A DNA stretch of 64,000 nt from the IMG/VR virus record IMGVR_UViG_3300043823_000198, positions 101,634 to 165,633 of that record. One strand, 5' to 3'. The position numbers and the translations under genes were made by a program. This document shows, one piece after another, positions 59,664-64,000 of this stretch (its first letter is position 1; each line of letters opens with the position of its first letter). Source of the stretch: a virus. Under the pieces are notes generated by a model. It was not told where the DNA came from. It ran no database searches and saw only the letters and a program-made list of their open reading frames with translations.

Positions 59664-59792
59664 ATGAAATCGTTAAACATATCCAGATCGATGAGTAAGC
59701 ATCTACCGTTATCATGCGGTTGGACAGGCTCACGTTCACAGTTTAACAACACAACAGCGATTGAGTATGATACTGGGGGTTTTGGAAAGTAA
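59664..59792 (+). CDS. putative attenuator leader peptide (42 aa, leaderless; not in ORF track)
   Basis: MKSLNISRSMSKHLPLSCGWTGSRSQFNNTTAIEYDTGGFGK; ATG 7 nt after the -10 box; 3' end overlaps antiterminator arm. Confidence 0.65.
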   Translation: MKSLNISRSMSKHLPLSCGWTGSRSQFNNTTAIEYDTGGFGK

Positions 59793-59853
59793 AGTTTACC
59801 TTACTTTGTTTCCCAAAACCCCGATACTGAGAAGTTCGGGGTTTTTTGTTTTG
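59776..59853 (+). terminator. alternative antiterminator / intrinsic terminator
   Basis: 59776-59792 pairs with 59801-59822; alternatively AAAACCCCGA 59815-59824 pairs with TCGGGGTTTT 59836-59845 followed by T-rich tail. Confidence 0.8.
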
Positions 59854-59891
59854 TAGGTCTAATAAAACTTAAAAACTAAAAGTTTTTTATT

Positions 59892-59899
59892 TATAAATA
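59892..59899 (+). promoter_or_regulatory. T4-type late promoter for HNH gene
   Basis: TATAAATA then GAGGAGG SD. Confidence 0.65.
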
Positions 59900-59921
59900 T
59901 CTGTATAACCGAGGAGGAAAT

Positions 59922-60284
59922 ATGGATACTAAAGAAAAAAACAAAAAGTATTATGAAGCCAACAAAACAAAAATGATTGAGTACCAGAAGGAAAGATATA
60001 ACTCTCTACTTGAAGTTTATTCAAAATGGAAGAAAACTTTAAAGTGTGTTTGTTGCGGTGAATCTGATCATAACTGTTTAGATTTTCACCATGTTAATCC
60101 AGAAGAGAAAGAGATAAAAATCTCAACAGCCCTTGGCCGAGGTGCTAAGACTGTTGTGAAGGAATTAAAAAAATGTATTGTTGTGTGTGCCAATTGTCAT
60201 AGAAAGGTTCATGCTTACAATACTGTAGTTGAGGTTGATGAAGAACTTTCAAATTCTTTTGAAAAATCTTTAAAAATCCCTTGA
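59922..60284 (+). CDS. HNH endonuclease (probable homing endonuclease)
   Basis: CVCCGE..LDFHHVNP..KCIVVCANCHRKVH. Confidence 0.85.
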   Translation: MDTKEKNKKYYEANKTKMIEYQKERYNSLLEVYSKWKKTLKCVCCGESDHNCLDFHHVNPEEKEIKISTALGRGAKTVVKELKKCIVVCANCHRKVHAYNTVVEVDEELSNSFEKSLKIP

Positions 60285-60332
60285 CTTTGAATTAAACTTA
60301 GTGTATAATTCAATCTGTTCTTTAAAAATTTG
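60281..60332 (+). promoter_or_regulatory. sigma70-type promoter followed by boxA-like antitermination element
   Basis: TTGACT-17-TATAAT (60281-60309); TGTTCTTTAAAAATTTG 60316-60332. Confidence 0.7.
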
Positions 60333-60387
60333 CGTACCATATTTAAGAGTCACCAGTGATAGTTCGCTGGAGCTGGTGACTCACTGT

Positions 60388-60461
60388 TCCTCGATAGTGT
60401 AGCGGTAACACAGTTGACTTTGACTCAACTATCACAAGTTCGAATCTTGTTCGGGGTGCCA
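60388..60461 (+). tRNA. tRNA-Gln(UUG)
   Basis: cloverleaf, GTTGA-CTTTGAC-TCAAC, TTCGAAT, CCA. Confidence 0.9.
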
Positions 60462-60691
60462 TATAGAAACACATTATGTCAGTGAGGAGGCACCAAGTTG
60501 TGTGCAACGGTAGTGTGTTTTTATATGGTATAGCTTAATTCAAGAGCAGTGGGCACACAGGCGTCAACGACTACCCATCAATGCAGGTGCAACCCCTGCT
60601 ACCATATAAAAACACACTAACCAATCGGTTTAAAGGGTCGCCGAGATGCCAAGAGGTATGTATAGCCCTGTTAGTGTGTTTTTATATGGTA
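60459..60691. repeat. four alternating-orientation copies of a ~20-bp repeat (CCATATAAAAACACACTA and its reverse complement)
   Basis: copies at 60459-60477, 60510-60530, 60600-60621, 60670-60691. Confidence 0.9.
60524..60607 (+). ncRNA. tRNA-like element with 20-nt anticodon loop, no CCA
   Basis: TATGGTA/TACCATA acceptor, D arm, GTGGG/CCCAT stem, GCAGG-TGCAACC-CCTGC T arm. Confidence 0.6.
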
Positions 60692-60695
60692 TAAT

Positions 60696-60770
60696 GCAGG
60701 TATAACTCAATGGTAGAGTAATCGGCTTTTAACCGATAAGCTGTGAGTTCGAGTCTCACTGCCTGTACCA
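60696..60770 (+). tRNA. tRNA-Lys(UUU)
   Basis: ATCGG-CTTTTAA-CCGAT, CCA. Confidence 0.92.
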
Positions 60771-60789
60771 TCTAAAATAAAAAGACTAC

Positions 60790-60864
60790 GGTGACTATGG
60801 TGTAATGGTAGCACCCGACTCTGTGAAAGTCGTAGCACGAGATCGATACTCGTTAGTTACCCCA
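60790..60864 (+). tRNA. tRNA-His(GUG)
   Basis: CGACT-CTGTGAA-AGTCG, G-1/C73, CCA. Confidence 0.9.
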
Positions 60865-60866
60865 AT

Positions 60867-60942
60867 GCAACTTTAGCTGATGTGGTCATAGCGGTGGTCT
60901 GAAGAACCATTGAAAGAGGTTCGATTCCTCTAGGTTGCACCA
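60867..60942 (+). tRNA. tRNA-Phe(GAA)
   Basis: GTGGT-CTGAAGA-ACCAT, CCA. Confidence 0.9.
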
Positions 60943-61011
60943 AAGATGTCCTTTCGCCTAGAAAATAATTAGGCGATAAAGAGTGGAGATGGGATCCCAC
61001 CCAAATATTTT

Positions 61012-61085
61012 CCTCTTGTAGCTCAAAGGTAGAGCAATCGGCTGATAACCGATAGACACAGGATCGTTCCCTGTCGAGAGGACCA
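61012..61085 (+). tRNA. tRNA-Ile(GAU)
   Basis: ATCGG-CTGATAA-CCGAT, CCA. Confidence 0.88.
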
Positions 61086-61092
61086 AGTTTTC

Positions 61093-61166
61093 GCCCTACT
61101 AGTATAATGGTATTACGTCGGTTTTGTAATCCGAATACGGCAGTTCGATTCTGTCGTGGGGCACCA
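61093..61166 (+). tRNA. tRNA-Thr(UGU)
   Basis: TCGGT-TTTGTAA-TCCGA, CCA. Confidence 0.88.
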
Positions 61167-61174
61167 GTTTTTAT

Positions 61175-61251
<77 letters not shown>

Positions 61252-61256
61252 AGTTT

Positions 61257-61331
61257 GGGCTGTTAGTGATAATGGGAGCACGCTGGCTTTGCACGTCAGA
61301 GGTAAGAGTTCGATTCTCTTACGGTCCACCA
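61257..61331 (+). tRNA. tRNA-Ala(UGC)
   Basis: CTGGC-TTTGCAC-GTCAG, G3:U70, CCA. Confidence 0.92.
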
Positions 61332-61340
61332 AATTTTTAT

Positions 61341-61416
61341 GCGGGAGTATCTCAGTTGGTAGAGAGCTTGCTTGCCAAGCAAGATGTCGCGAGTTCGAAC
61401 CTCGTCTCCCGCTCCA
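61341..61416 (+). tRNA. tRNA-Gly(GCC)
   Basis: CTTGC-TTGCCAA-GCAAG, U73, CCA. Confidence 0.93.
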
Positions 61417-61422
61417 AATTAT

Positions 61423-61496
61423 GCCTCGTTAGTTGAATGGTAAAACACCCTCCTTACAAGTGGGATACGGCAGTTCGATTCTGTCACGAGGTACCA
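61423..61496 (+). tRNA. tRNA-Val(UAC)
   Basis: CCCTC-CTTACAA-GTGGG, CCA. Confidence 0.88.
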
Positions 61497-61502
61497 AGTT
61501 AT

Positions 61503-61578
61503 GCCCGATTGGTGAAATGGATAATCATACTGTGCTACGAACGCAGAGGTAGGGGTTCGATTCCCTTATTGGGTACCA
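61503..61578 (+). tRNA. tRNA-Arg(ACG)
   Basis: CTGTG-CTACGAA-CGCAG, CCA. Confidence 0.9.
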
Positions 61579-61661
61579 AATTTGTAGTTGAGACTCGAGA
61601 CAAATCCACTGTTAAATAAAGAGAGAACTGAGTGGTACTCTCCAACTACATTTTTTAATAC

Positions 61662-61752
61662 GGAGACGTGGTCGAGTTGGTTTATGGCTCTAGTCTTGAA
61701 AACTAGCGAATTAGAAATAGTTCCGTGGGTTCGAATCCCACCGTCTCCTCCA
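61662..61752 (+). tRNA. tRNA-Ser(UGA)
   Basis: CTAGT-CTTGAAA-ACTAG, long variable arm, CCA. Confidence 0.92.
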
Positions 61753-61773
61753 ATTTTTATGAAAGGAAAAGTT

Positions 61774-62340
61774 ATGCCAAGCGTATTCTTAGTAAGCGAC
61801 ACGCACTTTGGTCATGCTGGTGTGACTAAATTTTTGCGTGCTGATGGTAGTAAATTGCGACCATGGGATTCTGTTGAAGAAATGGATGAAGCAATGGTAA
61901 AAGCATGGAACGAAACAGTGAAACCAACTGATAAAGTTTATCATTTGGGTGATGTAGTTATCAATCGTAAAGCACTTTCGATTATGCATCGTTTGAATGG
62001 CGATAAAGTTTTGATTCGTGGTAACCATGATATCTTTAGAGATGATGAATACCGTCAACACTTTAGAGAATTGCGTGCGTACCATGTAATGAATGGCATG
62101 ATACTTTCACATATCCCTATTCATACTGAAAGTTTGGGTAGGTTTGGTGTGAACATTCATGGTCACTTACACAGTAATCGTGTTATGATTACTGATCAAT
62201 ACGATGTTACTAAAGTAGATCCAAGATACCACTGCGTCTGCGTTGAACAAACAGACTTCAGACCCATCTTGTTTGAGCAAGTGATCCAAAAAATCAAAGA
62301 CGAAGGTGGTGTTGTTGGATTTAAAAATGGTAATCATTAG
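61774..62340 (+). CDS. calcineurin-like metallophosphoesterase
   Basis: SDTHFGH, YHLGD, RGNHD, LSHIP, IHGHLH; AAGGA SD before 61774. Confidence 0.88.
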   Translation: MPSVFLVSDTHFGHAGVTKFLRADGSKLRPWDSVEEMDEAMVKAWNETVKPTDKVYHLGDVVINRKALSIMHRLNGDKVLIRGNHDIFRDDEYRQHFRELRAYHVMNGMILSHIPIHTESLGRFGVNIHGHLHSNRVMITDQYDVTKVDPRYHCVCVEQTDFRPILFEQVIQKIKDEGGVVGFKNGNH

Positions 62341-62429
62341 GAGAGTGGGCAGGATGGTAATGCAGCGGATTGCTAATCCGTACACTTATGAAAGTAGGTG
62401 AGTGGGTTCAATTCCCACACTCTCCACCA
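62340..62429 (+). tRNA. tRNA-Ser(GCU)
   Basis: GCGGA-TTGCTAA-TCCGT, long variable arm, CCA. Confidence 0.9.
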
Positions 62430-62433
62430 AATT

Positions 62434-62510
62434 GCGGATGTGATGGAATTGGTATACATATCAGACTTAAAATCTGAGTTCTGAGGGTTCGAGTCCCTCC
62501 ATCCGTACCA
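62434..62510 (+). tRNA. tRNA-Leu(UAA), short variable arm
   Basis: TCAGA-CTTAAAA-TCTGA, CCA. Confidence 0.88.
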
Positions 62511-62516
62511 GTTTAT

Positions 62517-62591
62517 CTCGCTTTAGTATAATGGATAATACAGTAGGCTTCTACCCTACGAATGTGGGTTCGATTCCTGCAGGCGAGACCA
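62517..62591 (+). tRNA. tRNA-Arg(UCU)
   Basis: GTAGG-CTTCTAC-CCTAC, CCA. Confidence 0.9.
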
Positions 62592-62597
62592 GTTGTT

Positions 62598-62672
62598 GGG
62601 CTTATAGCATAAAGGTAGTGCTGTCAACTCATAATTGATAAGGTAGTGGTTCGAATCCACTTGAGCCCACCA
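62598..62672 (+). tRNA. tRNA with CAU anticodon (Ile2 or elongator Met)
   Basis: GTCAA-CTCATAA-TTGAT, CCA; lacks initiator features. Confidence 0.85.
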
Positions 62673-62673
62673 T

Positions 62674-62751
62674 GCCCCTGTGGACAAATTGGCAAAGTCG
62701 CTTCTCTCAAAAGGAAGAGTTCTCTCAGTTCAAATCTGAGCAGGGGTACCA
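62674..62751 (+). tRNA. tRNA-Leu(CAA), short variable arm
   Basis: CTTCT-CTCAAAA-GGAAG, CCA. Confidence 0.85.
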
Positions 62752-62757
62752 AATTAT

Positions 62758-62833
62758 GTGGGTGTGTCCCGAAAGGCTAGGGGAGGGATTGCAAATCCTT
62801 TTTATGCAGGTTCGATTCCTGTCACCTACTCCA
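62758..62833 (+). tRNA. tRNA-Cys(GCA)
   Basis: AGGGA-TTGCAAA-TCCTT, U73, CCA. Confidence 0.88.
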
Positions 62834-62835
62834 AT

Positions 62836-62898
62836 AACCCTACTTGCAATAGGGTAATAAAAATATCGCTTGACATTTATATCAAGTTGATGTATAAT
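62836..62898 (+). promoter_or_regulatory. sigma70-type promoter with upstream palindrome inside tRNA array
   Basis: ACCCTA-CTTGCAA-TAGGGT 62837-62855; TTGACA 62870; TATAAT 62893. Confidence 0.8.
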
Positions 62899-63017
62899 TA
62901 AGTTTCTTTAGTTGATAATCAAAAATCCTCTCTAAGTCTTTACGTAAAGTCGGAAGCATGAGGTGATACTGCTGGTTTGGTGGATTTTACCAGTTAATAC
63001 CAAAAATCCACCACTCT

Positions 63018-63092
63018 GCACGGTTCGTCTATCGGTTAGGACACCAGCCTTTCACGTTGGTAAGACGGGTTCGATTCCCGTACCGTGTACCA
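63018..63092 (+). tRNA. tRNA-Glu(UUC)
   Basis: CCAGC-CTTTCAC-GTTGG, CCA. Confidence 0.92.
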
Positions 63093-63093
63093 G

Positions 63094-63312
63094 ATTTAAT
63101 TGTATTGGGTTGCCAATACCAGTAGGATACTTTCCACCAAGCTGCATTGACGGATGTGGGGTGAAGTGAAGTTATCATGAAACCTTGAGATAATATCAGG
63201 AGGACGCTGGATGAAGTTGGGATGTAATGTAGAAGTTGTCTTATCGGTAGACGATACCGTGAGAATCCCTAATGTACTTGGGTTGACGACTGATATCCCA
63301 GTGCAATTAAAT
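63094..63312 (+). ncRNA. candidate ~220-nt structured ncRNA
   Basis: 16-bp closing stem ATTTAATTGTATTGGG / CCCAGTGCAATTAAAT with two G-U pairs; no convincing ORF. Confidence 0.55.
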
Positions 63313-63367
63313 GTGGTAAAGCAGATTAGAAATCCGCTTTTAACTAAATATGGTTAAGGGGATTACT

Positions 63368-63811
63368 ATGAAGCAAGATAGAAATAAATTTACAGATCAA
63401 GAATTGATTGATGCGTATAATGAAGAGAAACATCTAGGTAAACTAGCTGCAAAATTCAAAGTTCCAATTATACAGATCTGGAGAAAATGTAAAGTTTTAG
63501 GTTTAGAGTTCGGAAGCGGTGGTGGTAAACAATCAAAAATATCTCTTAATGAGATTCTTGATGGCCTTCATCCTTATTATCAAACATTAAAGTTAAAGAA
63601 AAGACTGATTAGAGAAGGAGTTCTTGAGTATAAGTGCTCTAGTTGTAATATTAGTGACTGGCAAGGCAAGGAACTTTCTTTACAACTTGACCATATTAAT
63701 GGCGATAACTCTGATCATAGAAAACAAAATTTAAGACTCATGTGCCCAAATTGTCACTCACAAACAGACACATGGTGCGGTAAAGGTATTAATGGAGATC
63801 TAGTCCCGTAA
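63368..63811 (+). CDS. HNH endonuclease with N-terminal HTH-like segment
   Basis: KCSSC..LQLDHINGDNSDHRKQNLRLMCPNCHSQT; stop lies inside tRNA-Tyr. Confidence 0.88.
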   Translation: MKQDRNKFTDQELIDAYNEEKHLGKLAAKFKVPIIQIWRKCKVLGLEFGSGGGKQSKISLNEILDGLHPYYQTLKLKKRLIREGVLEYKCSSCNISDWQGKELSLQLDHINGDNSDHRKQNLRLMCPNCHSQTDTWCGKGINGDLVP

Positions 63812-63880
63812 TGGTATCGGGGGTTGACTGTAAATCAATTGTCTTTGACCTTCTCTGTTCGAATCGGAGGGTCTCCACCA
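63794..63880 (+). tRNA. tRNA-Tyr(GUA)
   Basis: GTTGA-CTGTAAA-TCAAT, variable arm, CCA. Confidence 0.88.
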
Positions 63881-64000
63881 AGTTCAACAATGAAGGATGT
63901 TTAAGACGGCTTGTAAACTTCATTGGATTCAGGTACAGATTGCCGTTAATTCCTGAGTCAATTTAATTTGTTATAATGAAGAATCCGAAAGCGAGGATGA

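Noticed and set aside
60459-60691. Possible CRISPR mini-array
   Set aside because: Repeats alternate in orientation, inserts differ widely in length (32-69 nt) and no cas genes are present; reported as an inverted-repeat array instead

Overview
64 kb of a large, AT-rich T4-like myophage genome. All credible genes are on the + strand in the standard code. It carries the T4 replication core (gp45, gp44, gp62, regA, ligase, DexA-like exonuclease, gp43, uvsX, gp41, gp61, rnh) and nucleotide metabolism (thyX, nrdA/nrdB, dCMP deaminase, MazG-like, DUF5664-like). It also has a MoxR/CobS AAA plus vWA pair, stress genes (Hsp20, rubrerythrin, rubredoxin, Dps, two thioredoxins), three flavin-dependent halogenase-like genes, and several 2OG-Fe(II) oxygenases. 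Other blocks are a TET/JBP-type dioxygenase with a glycosyltransferase (likely DNA hypermodification), a late block of His-rich putative internal head proteins including an RNA-ligase-like and two nucleotidyltransferase-like proteins, spanins, a secreted/lipoprotein cluster, and the first 20 tRNAs of an array interleaved with HNH genes and structured RNAs. The most striking unannotated element lies just upstream of the tRNA array. It is a leaderless 42-codon ORF (59664-59792) using 30 different codons and 19 amino acids, and its 3' end overlaps mutually exclusive antiterminator/terminator hairpins. This looks like a ribosome-dependent attenuator that could switch on phage tRNA transcription when any host tRNA becomes limiting. 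All assignments come from motif recognition by eye; no searches or folding programs were run.
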